Sequence record: NC_031114.1
Length of the DNA stretch: 39,235 bases
From: Escherichia phage 64795_ec1
Strand: one strand, 5' to 3'
Shown one piece after another: positions 1 through 8,048 of this stretch (positions are counted from its first letter, which is position 1; the number at the start of each line of letters is the position of its first letter). The notes beneath the pieces are model-generated. The model ran no database searches. It saw only the letters and a program-made list of their open reading frames with translations, and was not told the origin of the DNA. The position numbers and the translations under genes were made by a program.

Positions 1-66
1 ACAAAAGCCTATTCCTAAAGACGCCTTGTTGTCACCTATAAAGAGATAATCTTCATCCATCGTCTT

Positions 67-89
67 TAATACAACTCACTATAGGGAGA
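67..89 (+). promoter_or_regulatory. T7-RNAP promoter phiOL (TAATACAACTCACTATAGGGAGA)
   Basis: 23-bp match to T7 class promoter consensus, +1 G at 84. Confidence 0.8.
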
Positions 90-140
90 CTACTTAAAGA
101 TGCCTTAAAAGATTAATTTAAAGATTTATTAAAAAGAGTA

Positions 141-176
141 TTGACTTAAAGAGTCCTTAAGGTTACTATTCATCTC
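141..176 (+). promoter_or_regulatory. host sigma70 early promoter A1
   Basis: TTGACT (141-146), 17-bp spacer, TACTAT (164-169); position as in T7. Confidence 0.75.
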
Positions 177-268
177 GTCAACGGGACAACGGCCTTAAAG
201 CCACTCCCTGAGATACCGGGGTCAACCGGATAAGTAGACAGCCTGATAAGTCATACGAAAAACAGGCA

Positions 269-305
269 TTGACAACACGAAGTAACATGCAGTAAGATAC
301 ACAAC
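269..305 (+). promoter_or_regulatory. host sigma70 early promoter A2
   Basis: TTGACA (269-274), 18-bp spacer, TAAGAT (293-298). Confidence 0.75.
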
Positions 306-374
306 GTCAACCACTGACACGGTGTCTTCTAGGTGACTTAAGCGCACCACGGCACATAGGGTGAAACAAAACGG

Positions 375-410
375 TTGACAACATGAAGTAAACACGGTAC
401 GATGTACCAC
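375..410 (+). promoter_or_regulatory. host sigma70 early promoter A3
   Basis: TTGACA (375-380), 17-bp spacer, TACGAT (398-403). Confidence 0.75.
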
Positions 411-587
411 ATAAAGACACCGAGTGTCGTAGGTGTAAAAACGCGACATAGTGGATAGATGCCGAAAGCACAAGCGACCACGATAATAAAGAGCTTGTCG
501 GACATACAACGCAAGTGACGGCTAACACTGAAACAGCCTCGGCTCGATGAAACTGTAGCTTAAAGTTCTTTAACAATCTGGTAAATA

Positions 588-655
588 GCTCTTGAGTGCA
601 TGACTAGCGGATAACTCAAGGGTATCGCAAGGTGCCCTTTATGATATTCACTAAC
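588..655 (+). promoter_or_regulatory. RNase III processing hairpin R0.3 (approximate bounds)
   Basis: conserved leader ...CTCAAGGGTATCGCAAGGTGCCCTTTATGATATTCAC upstream of gene 0.3. Confidence 0.5.
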
Positions 656-676
656 AACTGCACGAGGTAATACAAG

Positions 677-1039
677 ATGGCTATGTCTAACATGACTTAC
701 AACAACGTTTTCGACCACGCTTACGAAATGCTGAAAGAAAACATCCGTTATGATGACATCCGTGACACTGATGACCTGTATGATGCTGTTCACATGGCTG
801 CCGATAGCGCCGTTCCGCACTACTACGCGGACATTTTCAGCGTAATGGCAAGCGAGGGTATTGACCTTGAGTTCGAAGACTCTGGTCTGATGCCGGACAC
901 CAAGGACGTAATTCGCATTCTACAAGCTCGCATCTATGAGCAACTCACGATTGACCTCTGGGAAGACGCTGAGGACTTGCTGAACGAGTACCTTGAGGAA
1001 GTCGAGGAAGATGAAGACTACGAAGAGGACGAAGAGTGA
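677..1039 (+). CDS. 0.3: Ocr, DNA-mimic anti-restriction protein (gene 0.3)
   Basis: 120 aa [27 protein letters not shown]... with acidic tail; near-identical to T7 Ocr as recalled. Confidence 0.97.
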   Translation: MAMSNMTYNNVFDHAYEMLKENIRYDDIRDTDDLYDAVHMAADSAVPHYYADIFSVMASEGIDLEFEDSGLMPDTKDVIRILQARIYEQLTIDLWEDAEDLLNEYLEEVEEDEDYEEDEE

Positions 1040-1191
1040 TGGCTAATAGCACGCAATACGGTCTGACCGCTCAAACTGTACTGTTCTATAGTGATATGGT
1101 GCGCTGCGGCTTCAACTGGTCGCTCGCAATGGCACACCTTAAGGAACTGTACGAAAACAACAAGGCAATAGCCTTGGAGTCTGCTGAGTGA
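1039..1191 (+). CDS. 0.4: gene 0.4 protein (FtsZ inhibitor in T7)
   Basis: 50 aa [50 protein letters not shown]; ATG overlaps ocr stop; below ORF-track size cutoff. Confidence 0.85.
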   Translation: MANSTQYGLTAQTVLFYSDMVRCGFNWSLAMAHLKELYENNKAIALESAE

Positions 1192-1193
1192 TA

Positions 1194-1236
1194 GGCTCAA
1201 GGTCGCTCCTAGCGAGTGGCCTTTATGATTATCACT
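1194..1236 (+). promoter_or_regulatory. RNase III site R0.5
   Basis: CTCAAGGTCGCTCCTAGCGAGTGGCCTTTATGATTATCAC hairpin motif. Confidence 0.55.
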
Positions 1237-1253
1237 TTACTTGAATGGGAGTA

Positions 1254-1388
1254 ATGTATATGCTTACTATCGGTCTACTCACCGCTCTAGGTCTAGCTGT
1301 AGGTGCATCCTTTGGGAAGGCTTTGGGTGTAGCTGTAGGCGCTTACTTGGTGGCTTGTATCGTCACGGGAGCACTACGCAAATGCTGA
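1254..1388 (+). CDS. 0.5: gene 0.5 small hydrophobic protein
   Basis: 44 aa MYMLTIGLLTALGLAVGASFGKALGVAVGAYLVACIVTGALRKC, hand-translated; ORF-track entry 1241-1519 is a different frame. Confidence 0.7.
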   Translation: MYMLTIGLLTALGLAVGASFGKALGVAVGAYLVACIVTGALRKC

Positions 1389-1519
1389 AACACTACGTTA
1401 TGCCAATCCACACGCCCAACGGGGCAACTGTATGCACACCTAATGGGTTCGCAATGAAACAGCGAATCGAACGCCTTAAGCGTGAACTACGAATCAACCG
1501 CAAGATTAACAACATCTAA
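1382..1519 (+). CDS. 0.6: gene 0.6 protein (0.6A-like, short form)
   Basis: 45 aa MLKHYVMPIHTPNGATVCTPNGFAMKQRIERLKRELRINRKINNI; overlaps 0.5 stop. Confidence 0.65.
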   Translation: MLKHYVMPIHTPNGATVCTPNGFAMKQRIERLKRELRINRKINNI

Positions 1520-1531
1520 CTTTTGGAGAAT

Positions 1532-2617
1532 ATGCAAGTGAACATTACCAACATCATGAACGCTATCGACGCAATCAAAGCACTGCCAATCTGTGAACTC
1601 GACAAACGTCAGGGTATGCTCATCGACTTACTGGTTGAGATGGTCAACAGCGAGACATGCGATGGCGAGATAACCGAACTGAATCAGGCACTTGAGCATC
1701 AAGATTGGTGGACTACCTTGAAGTGCCTCACGGCTGACGCAGGTTTTAAGATGCTCGGTAATGGTCACTTCTCGGCTGCTTATAGTCACCCGCTGCTACC
1801 TAACAGAGTGATTAAGGTGGGCTTTAAGAAAGAGGACTCAGGCGCTGCGTATACCGCATTCTGCCGCATGTATCAGGGCCGTGCAGGTATCCCTAACGTC
1901 TACGATGTGCAGCGTCACGCTGGGTGCTATACGGTTGTTCTCGATGCACTGAATGATTGCGAACGTTTCAACAACGATGAGCACTATAAATACGCTGAGA
2001 TTGCAAGTGACATCATTGACTGTAAATCAGATGCGCACGATATGTTAACTGGGTGGGATGGAGAGTTCGTCGAGACTTGCAAGCTAATCCGCAAGTTCTT
2101 TGAGGGCATCGCTTCGTTCGACATGCACAGCGGGAACATTATGTTCAGTGATGACGGTACGCCATTCATTACCGACCCTGTATCGTTCTCGCAGAAGAAA
2201 GACGGTGGCGCATTCAGTATTGACCCTGATGAACTCATTAAGGAAGTCGAGGAGGTCGCACGCCAGAAGGCAATCGACCGTGCAGTTGACCGCAAGCGTA
2301 GACATGAGGAGCGTCCAGTTCGCCGTAAACTCAAGCGTCGCAACCGTAAGGCACGCAAGGCGCACCAAGAGAAGCACAAGCGAATGGTTGCTGCGTGGCG
2401 TATGGCTGAGCGCCAAGAACGACGTAACCATGAGGTAGCTGTAGATGTACTGGGAAGGACCAATAACGCTATACGCTGGGTTAACATGCTCGCTGGGGAC
2501 TTTAAGGCGCTTGAGGAACGAATTGCGGCGCACTGGTTCCAAGCTGACCGAATGGCTATCGCTAACGGTCTTCCGCTTAACATTGACAAGAAACTTGACG
2601 CAATGTTAATGGGCTGA
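1532..2617 (+). CDS. 0.7: gene 0.7 Ser/Thr protein kinase / host transcription shut-off protein
   Basis: strong similarity to T7 gp0.7 (…[39 protein letters not shown]…); ATG 1532 chosen, TTG 1523 is the alternative. Confidence 0.92.
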   Translation: MQVNITNIMNAIDAIKALPICELDKRQGMLIDLLVEMVNSETCDGEITELNQALEHQDWWTTLKCLTADAGFKMLGNGHFSAAYSHPLLPNRVIKVGFKKEDSGAAYTAFCRMYQGRAGIPNVYDVQRHAGCYTVVLDALNDCERFNNDEHYKYAEIASDIIDCKSDAHDMLTGWDGEFVETCKLIRKFFEGIASFDMHSGNIMFSDDGTPFITDPVSFSQKKDGGAFSIDPDELIKEVEEVARQKAIDRAVDRKRRHEERPVRRKLKRRNRKARKAHQEKHKRMVAAWRMAERQERRNHEVAVDVLGRTNNAIRWVNMLAGDFKALEERIAAHWFQADRMAIANGLPLNIDKKLDAMLMG

Positions 2618-2680
2618 TAGTCTTATCTTACAGGTCATCCGACTGAGGGTGGCCTGAATAGATACGATTTACTAACCATA
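2618..2680 (+). promoter_or_regulatory. RNase III site R1 (approximate)
   Basis: conserved leader GATAGTCTTATCTTACAGGTCATC...GGTGGCCTGAATAG upstream of gene 1. Confidence 0.45.
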
Positions 2681-2691
2681 AGAGGCACTAA

Positions 2692-5343
2692 ATGAACACG
2701 ATTAACATCGCTAAGAACGACTTCTCTGACATCGAACTGGCTGCTATCCCGTTCAACACTCTGGCTGACCATTACGGTGAGCGTTTAGCTCGCGAACAGT
2801 TGGCCCTTGAGCATGAGTCTTACGAAATGGGTGAAGCACGCTTCCGCAAGATGTTTGAGCGTCAATTGAAAGCTGGTGAGGTTGCGGATAACGCTGCCGC
2901 TAAGCCTCTCATTACTACCCTGCTCCCTAAGATGATTGCACGCATCAACGACTGGTTTGAGGAGGTGAAAGCTAAGCGTGGCAAGCGCCCGACAGCCTTC
3001 CAGTTCCTGCAAGAAATCAAGCCGGAAGCTGTAGCGTACATCACCATTAAGACCACTCTGGCTTGTCTGACTAGCGCGGATAACACAACAGTTCAGGCTG
3101 TAGCAAGCGCAATCGGTCGAGCAATTGAGGATGAGGCGCGATTCGGTCGCATCCGTGACCTTGAGGCCAAGCACTTCAAGAAAAACGTTGAGGAGCAACT
3201 AAACAAGCGCGTAGGTCACGTCTACAAGAAAGCATTCATGCAGGTTGTCGAGGCTGACATGCTCTCTAAGGGTCTAATGGGCGGCGAGGCGTGGTCTTCA
3301 TGGCACAAGGAAGACTCCATTCACGTAGGTGTTCGCTGCATTGAGATGCTCATTGAGTCAACCGGAATGGTTAGCTTACACCGCCAAAACGCTGGCGTAG
3401 TGGGGCATGACTCTGAGACTATCGAACTCACGCCGGAATACGCTGAGGCTATCGCAACCCGTGCGGGTGCACTGGCTGGCATCTCTCCGATGTTCCAACC
3501 TTGCGTGGTTCCTCCTAAGCCTTGGACTGGTATTACTGGAGGTGGCTATTGGGCCAACGGTCGCCGTCCTCTGGCACTGGTGCGCACTCACAGCAAGAAA
3601 GCACTGATGCGCTACGAAGACGTTTACATGCCTGAGGTGTACAAGGCGATTAACATTGCGCAAAACACCGCATGGAAAATCAACAAGAAAGTCCTAGCGG
3701 TCGCCAACGTAATCACCAAGTGGAAGCACTGCCCTGTAGAGGACATCCCCGCGATTGAACGTGAAGAACTCCCGATGAAACCGGAAGACATCGACACGAA
3801 TCCTGAGGCGCTCACCGCTTGGAAACGTGCTGCCGCTGCTGTATACCGCAAAGACAAGGCACGCAAGTCTCGCCGTATCAGCCTTGAGTTCATGCTTGAG
3901 CAAGCCAACAAGTTCGCTAACCATAAGGCCATCTGGTTCCCTTACAACATGGACTGGCGCGGTCGTGTTTACGCTGTGTCAATGTTCAACCCGCAAGGTA
4001 ACGACATGACCAAGGGTCTGCTGACGCTGGCTAAAGGTAAACCAATCGGTAAAGAGGGTTACTACTGGTTGAAAATCCACGGTGCAAACTGCGCTGGTGT
4101 CGATAAGGTTCCGTTCCCTGAGCGCATCAAGTTCATTGAGGACAACCACGAGAACATCATGGCTTGCGCTAAGTCTCCACTGGAGAACACTTGGTGGGCT
4201 GAGCAAGATTCTCCGTTCTGCTTCTTAGCGTTCTGCTTTGAGTACGCTGGGGTTCAGCACCACGGCCTTAGCTACAACTGCTCGCTGCCTCTGGCGTTCG
4301 ATGGGTCTTGCTCTGGTATCCAGCACTTCTCCGCGATGCTTCTCGATGAGGTAGGCGGTATGGCTGTTAACCTACTGCCTAGTCCTACCGTTCAGGATAT
4401 CTACGGGATTGTCGCTAAGAAAGTCAACGTGATTCTACAAGAAGACGTAATCAACGGGACCGATAACGAAGTAGTCACCGTGACCGATGAGAACACTGGG
4501 GAAATCTCTGAGAAAGTCAAGCTGGGCACTAAGGCGCTGGCTGGTCAATGGCTGGCTTACGGTGTTACTCGCAGCGTGACTAAGCGTTCAGTCATGACGC
4601 TGGCTTACGGGTCCAAAGAGTTCGGCTTCCGCCAACAAGTGCTGGAAGATACCATTCAGCCAGCTATTGATTCCGGTAAGGGTCTTATGTTCACTCAACC
4701 GAATCAGGCTGCTGGGTACATGGCTAAACTGATTTGGGAAGCTGTGAGCGTCACGGTGGTGGCTGCGGTTGAAGCAATGAACTGGCTTAAGTCTGCTGCT
4801 AAGCTGCTTGCTGCTGAGGTCAAAGATAAGAAGACTGGGGAGATTCTTCGCAAGCGTTGCGCTGTACATTGGGTTACTCCTGATGGCTTCCCTGTGTGGC
4901 AGGAATACAAGAAGCCTATCCAGACTCGCTTGAACCTGATTTTCCTCGGTCAGTTCCGTCTACAGCCCACCATTAACACAAACAAGGATAGTGAGATTGA
5001 CGCTCACAAACAGGAGTCCGGTATAGCTCCTAACTTTGTGCATAGCCAAGATGGTAGCCACCTGCGTAAGACTGTAGTGTGGGCACACGAGAAGTACGGA
5101 ATCGAATCGTTTGCACTGATTCACGACTCCTTCGGGACCATTCCGGCTGACGCTGCCAACCTGTTCAAAGCTGTACGCGAAACTATGGTTGACACCTATG
5201 AGTCTTGTGATGTACTGGCTGACTTCTATGAGCAGTTCGCTGACCAGTTACACGAGTCTCAATTGGATAAAATGCCAGCACTTCCGGCTAAAGGTAACTT
5301 GAACCTACAGGACATCCTTAAGTCAGACTTCGCGTTCGCGTAA
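2692..5343 (+). CDS. 1: T7-type single-subunit DNA-dependent RNA polymerase (gene 1)
   Basis: 883 aa, MNTINIAKNDFSDIELAAIPFNTLADHYGERLAREQLALEHESYEMGEARFRKMF…, ends …LKSDFAFA. Confidence 0.99.
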   Translation: MNTINIAKNDFSDIELAAIPFNTLADHYGERLAREQLALEHESYEMGEARFRKMFERQLKAGEVADNAAAKPLITTLLPKMIARINDWFEEVKAKRGKRPTAFQFLQEIKPEAVAYITIKTTLACLTSADNTTVQAVASAIGRAIEDEARFGRIRDLEAKHFKKNVEEQLNKRVGHVYKKAFMQVVEADMLSKGLMGGEAWSSWHKEDSIHVGVRCIEMLIESTGMVSLHRQNAGVVGHDSETIELTPEYAEAIATRAGALAGISPMFQPCVVPPKPWTGITGGGYWANGRRPLALVRTHSKKALMRYEDVYMPEVYKAINIAQNTAWKINKKVLAVANVITKWKHCPVEDIPAIEREELPMKPEDIDTNPEALTAWKRAAAAVYRKDKARKSRRISLEFMLEQANKFANHKAIWFPYNMDWRGRVYAVSMFNPQGNDMTKGLLTLAKGKPIGKEGYYWLKIHGANCAGVDKVPFPERIKFIEDNHENIMACAKSPLENTWWAEQDSPFCFLAFCFEYAGVQHHGLSYNCSLPLAFDGSCSGIQHFSAMLLDEVGGMAVNLLPSPTVQDIYGIVAKKVNVILQEDVINGTDNEVVTVTDENTGEISEKVKLGTKALAGQWLAYGVTRSVTKRSVMTLAYGSKEFGFRQQVLEDTIQPAIDSGKGLMFTQPNQAAGYMAKLIWEAVSVTVVAAVEAMNWLKSAAKLLAAEVKDKKTGEILRKRCAVHWVTPDGFPVWQEYKKPIQTRLNLIFLGQFRLQPTINTNKDSEIDAHKQESGIAPNFVHSQDGSHLRKTVVWAHEKYGIESFALIHDSFGTIPADAANLFKAVRETMVDTYESCDVLADFYEQFADQLHESQLDKMPALPAKGNLNLQDILKSDFAFA

Positions 5344-5351
5344 CGTCAAAT

Positions 5352-5374
5352 TAATACGACTCACTATAGAGGGA
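5352..5374 (+). promoter_or_regulatory. T7-RNAP promoter phi1.1A
   Basis: TAATACGACTCACTATAGAGGGA, +1 at 5369. Confidence 0.85.
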
Positions 5375-5375
5375 C

Positions 5376-5416
5376 AAACTCAAGGTCATTCGCAAGAGTG
5401 GCCTTTATGATTGACC
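5376..5416 (+). promoter_or_regulatory. RNase III site R1.1
   Basis: AACTCAAGGTCATTCGCAAGAGTGGCCTTTATGATTGACC. Confidence 0.55.
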
Positions 5417-5426
5417 TTCTTCCGGT

Positions 5427-5449
5427 TAATACGACTCACTATAGGAGAA
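5427..5449 (+). promoter_or_regulatory. T7-RNAP promoter phi1.1B
   Basis: TAATACGACTCACTATAGGAGAA, +1 at 5444. Confidence 0.85.
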
Positions 5450-5520
5450 CCTTAAGGTTTAACTTTAAGACCATTAAGTGTTAATTAGAGATTAAATTAA
5501 AGAATACTAAGAGAGGACTT
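5450..5520 (+). other. AT-rich segment of the primary replication origin region (by position downstream of phi1.1A/B)
   Basis: AT-rich TTAACTTTAAGACCATTAAGTGTTAATTAGAGATTAAATTAAAGAATACTAAGAGAGG between phi1.1B and gene 1.1, as in T7. Confidence 0.5.
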
Positions 5521-5525
5521 TAAGT

Positions 5526-5654
5526 ATGCGTAACTTCGAAAAGATGACCAAACGTTCTAACCGTAACGCTCATGACTTCGAGGCAACCAAAGGTCGTAAG
5601 TTTAATAAACCATTACGCACCCGTGCGCATAAACGCTGCTGGGAGGGTAAATAA
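5526..5654 (+). CDS. 1.1: gene 1.1 small basic protein
   Basis: 42 aa MRNFEKMTKRSNRNAHDFEATKGRKFNKPLRTRAHKRCWEGK. Confidence 0.8.
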   Translation: MRNFEKMTKRSNRNAHDFEATKGRKFNKPLRTRAHKRCWEGK

Positions 5655-5655
5655 G

Positions 5656-5928
5656 ATGGGACGTCTGTATAGTGGCAATCTGGCGGCATACAAAGATGCT
5701 ATCGAGCGCCTCAGAGAAGACCATGCTGTAGATGTGGTCACTGAGACTTATCGACGTGAAGACTACGCACAGCGCCGATGGGTAGCTGGTGAGACTCTTC
5801 GAGTGGTCTTGCGGAATGGCGTAGAGTTGACATCCAAGAGGTTCGAACAGGGTGATGAGGATGTACGCTGCAACGCACAGACCGAGTGGTTACGCAAGGT
5901 GCATAGTGATTTGAAGCACTGGAAGTAA
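5656..5928 (+). CDS. 1.2: gene 1.2 protein (host dGTPase inhibitor family), divergent allele
   Basis: 90 aa starting MGRLYSGNLAA and ending …DLKHWK; stop TAA is the first triplet of phi1.3. Confidence 0.75.
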   Translation: MGRLYSGNLAAYKDAIERLREDHAVDVVTETYRREDYAQRRWVAGETLRVVLRNGVELTSKRFEQGDEDVRCNAQTEWLRKVHSDLKHWK

Positions 5929-5948
5929 TACGACTCAGTATAGGGAGA
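5926..5948 (+). promoter_or_regulatory. T7-RNAP promoter phi1.3
   Basis: TAATACGACTCAGTATAGGGAGA, +1 at 5943. Confidence 0.85.
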
Positions 5949-5952
5949 ACCA

Positions 5953-6369
5953 ATGAACGACATAGAACGATTCAACGCAAAGACTGAACCATGCGGAGAA
6001 TGTATTCGTTGGACTGGTCGAATCCAGCCTAACGGGTACGGTCAGTTACGATTAAACGGTAAAACACAGTATGCACACAGAGCAGCTTACACACTGTTCA
6101 ATGGAGAAATACCAGAAGGATACGTGGTTATGCACTCCTGCGATAACAGATGGTGTGTAAACCCAAGGCACCTAACTTTAGGAACACAATCTGATAACCT
6201 CATTGACATGACCAGAAAAGGTAGGCACAGTAAGACCGTAATACCAAACGATCACATAGAGGGAATCAGGAATGATACCCGATCTTCCTACGTAATAGCT
6301 AGGGAGTGGGGAGTGAATCCATCAACTATCCAAAAGATTAAATCTGGAAAGAATAGGAGATTTGTATGA
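5953..6369 (+). CDS. free-standing HNH homing-type endonuclease
   Basis: 138 aa; motif HSCDNRWCVNPRHLTLGTQSDNLIDM (H-x-C-D-N-x-x-C-x-N-P-x-H-L…N) and a helix-turn-helix-like C-terminus (VIAREWGVNPSTIQKIKSGK). Confidence 0.85.
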   Translation: MNDIERFNAKTEPCGECIRWTGRIQPNGYGQLRLNGKTQYAHRAAYTLFNGEIPEGYVVMHSCDNRWCVNPRHLTLGTQSDNLIDMTRKGRHSKTVIPNDHIEGIRNDTRSSYVIAREWGVNPSTIQKIKSGKNRRFV

Positions 6370-7436
6370 ACATTAAGACCAGCCCGTTTAAAGCCGTGTC
6401 CTTTGTTGAATCCGCCGTGAAGAAGGCGTTAGACAATGCTGGATACCTAATTGTCGATTGTAAATATGATGGTGTACGTGGGAACATCTGCGTAGACAAT
6501 ACCGCTAACAGTTGCTGGCTATCTCGTGTATCTAAAACGATTCCGGCACTGGAGCACCTAAACGGATTTGATGTTCGCTGGAAGAGTCTGCTTAACGATG
6601 ACCGTTGCTTCTACAAAGATGGCTTTATGCTTGATGGGGAACTCATGGTCAAAGGCGTAGACTTTAACACCGGGTCTGGCCTACTGCGTACCAAATGGCT
6701 CAACAAGAAGAACTTTGAGTTCGACGTTGGCGGTGTGCCACCACTCAAGGGGTCCAAGGTTGAGTTCGCATTGGACACCAAACGTCTGAGTGTCCGGTTG
6801 TACGCTATCCTCCCGCTGCACATCGTGGAGTCTGGAGAAGACTGCGATGTCATGACGTTGCTCATGCAGGAACACGTTAAGAACATGCTGCCTCTGCTAC
6901 AGGAATACTTCCCTGAAATAGAATGGCAAGCGGCTGAGTCTTACGAGGTTTACGACATGGTAGAACTACAGCAACTGTACGAGAAGAAGCGAGCGGAAGG
7001 GCATGAGGGTCTCATTGTGAAAGACCCTATGTGCATCTACAAGCGCGGTAAGAAGTCCGGCTGGTGGAAAATGAAACCTGAGAACGAAGCTGACGGTATC
7101 ATTCAGGGTCTTGTGTGGGGAACAGAAGGTTTAGCCAATGAAGGTAAAGTAATCGGATTTGAGGTGCTTCTTGAGAGTGGTCGTGTAGTTAACGCCACAA
7201 ACATCTCTCGCGCCTTAATGGATGAGATCACCGAGACAGTAAAAGAGGCCACCCTGAGTCAATGGGGATTCTTTAGCCCATATGGTATTGGCGACAACGA
7301 TGCCTGTACGATTAACCCTTACGATGGCTGGTCGTGTCAAATCAGCTACATGGAGGAAACACCTGATGGCTCTCTGCGTCACCCATCGTTCGTAATGTTC
7401 CGTGGCACCGAGGACAACCCTCAAGAGAAAATGTAA
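6366..7436 (+). CDS. 1.3: ATP-dependent DNA ligase (gene 1.3)
   Basis: 356 aa, MNIKTSPFKAVSFVESAVKKALDNAGYLIVDCKYDGVRGN… (KxDG adenylation motif). Confidence 0.97.
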   Translation: MNIKTSPFKAVSFVESAVKKALDNAGYLIVDCKYDGVRGNICVDNTANSCWLSRVSKTIPALEHLNGFDVRWKSLLNDDRCFYKDGFMLDGELMVKGVDFNTGSGLLRTKWLNKKNFEFDVGGVPPLKGSKVEFALDTKRLSVRLYAILPLHIVESGEDCDVMTLLMQEHVKNMLPLLQEYFPEIEWQAAESYEVYDMVELQQLYEKKRAEGHEGLIVKDPMCIYKRGKKSGWWKMKPENEADGIIQGLVWGTEGLANEGKVIGFEVLLESGRVVNATNISRALMDEITETVKEATLSQWGFFSPYGIGDNDACTINPYDGWSCQISYMEETPDGSLRHPSFVMFRGTEDNPQEKM

Positions 7437-7443
7437 TCACACT

Positions 7444-7474
7444 GGCTCACCTTCTGGTGGGCCTTTCTGCATTT
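7444..7474 (+). terminator. host-RNAP early terminator TE
   Basis: GGCTCACC-TTCT-GGTGGGCC stem followed by TTTCTGCATTT, directly after the ligase gene. Confidence 0.6.
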
Positions 7475-7489
7475 ATAAGGAGACACTTT

Positions 7490-7645
7490 ATGTTTAAGAA
7501 GGTTGGTAAGTTCCTTGCGGCTTGGGCCGTCATCCTCATACTCACATATCTTCTGGTTGTTCATCCTCCGGTAGCGTTTGTGTTTATCGGCGGGTGCTTA
7601 CTCATCTCAGCGTGTATATGCGTGTGGAGTATAGTTAACTGTTAA
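7490..7645 (+). CDS. 1.4: gene 1.4 small hydrophobic protein
   Basis: 51 aa MFKKVGKFLAAWAVILILTYLLVVHPPVAFVFIGGCLLISACICVWSIVNC; SD AGGAG upstream. Confidence 0.8.
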   Translation: MFKKVGKFLAAWAVILILTYLLVVHPPVAFVFIGGCLLISACICVWSIVNC

Positions 7646-7665
7646 TACGACTCACTAAAGGAGGT
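7643..7665 (+). promoter_or_regulatory. T7-RNAP promoter phi1.5
   Basis: TAATACGACTCACTAAAGGAGGT, +1 at 7660. Confidence 0.8.
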
Positions 7666-7672
7666 ACACATC

Positions 7673-7762
7673 ATGATGTACTTAATGCCATTACTCATCG
7701 TAATCATAGGATGCCTTGCGCTCTGCTGTGGCGATGATGATATGCCAGATGGTCACGCTTAA
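7673..7762 (+). CDS. 1.5: gene 1.5 small protein
   Basis: 29 aa MMYLMPLLIVIIGCLALCCGDDDMPDGHA, hand-translated. Confidence 0.7.
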   Translation: MMYLMPLLIVIIGCLALCCGDDDMPDGHA

Positions 7763-7782
7763 TACGACTCACTAAAGGAGAC
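7760..7782 (+). promoter_or_regulatory. T7-RNAP promoter phi1.6
   Basis: TAATACGACTCACTAAAGGAGAC, +1 at 7777. Confidence 0.8.
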
Positions 7783-7787
7783 ACTAT

Positions 7788-8048
7788 ATGTTTCGACTTC
7801 ATTACAACAAAAGTCTTGAGAATTTCACGGTTCGCCGTGCTGACCGTTCAATCGTATGTGCGAGCGAGCGCCGAGCTAAGTTACCTCTTATTGGTAACAC
7901 AGTTCCTCTGGCACCGAGCGTACACATCATTATCACCCGTGGTGACTTTGAGAAAGCAATAGACAAGAAACGTCCGGTTCTTAGTGTGGCAGTGACCCGC
8001 TTCCCGTTCGTCCGTCTGTTACTCAAACGAATCAAGGAGGTGTTCTGA
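7788..8048 (+). CDS. 1.6: gene 1.6 protein
   Basis: 86 aa ORF at the T7 gene 1.6 position. Confidence 0.8.
   Translation: MFRLHYNKSLENFTVRRADRSIVCASERRAKLPLIGNTVPLAPSVHIIITRGDFEKAIDKKRPVLSVAVTRFPFVRLLLKRIKEVF

Noticed and set aside
222-820. Minus-strand ORFs (222-509, 307-576, 560-820) across the early promoter region
   Set aside because: They overlap the A1-A3 promoters and the ocr leader, have no SD, and T7-group genomes are transcribed only left to right; treated as chance ORFs.
1241-1519. ORF-track 92-aa ORF as a single gene
   Set aside because: It begins at a TTG with no SD and reads out of frame across gene 0.5; only its last 45 codons (from ATG 1382) correspond to gene 0.6.
1984-2589. 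Minus-strand and alternate-frame ORFs inside gene 0.7 (1984-2589, 2084-2542, 2100-2438)
   Set aside because: Fully nested in a well-supported kinase gene; no signals; opposite-strand coding is not expected in this family.
5572-5928. 118-aa form of the gene 1.2 ORF
   Set aside because: The upstream extension overlaps gene 1.1 in another frame; the conserved start MGRLYSGNLAA at 5656 directly follows the gene 1.1 stop.
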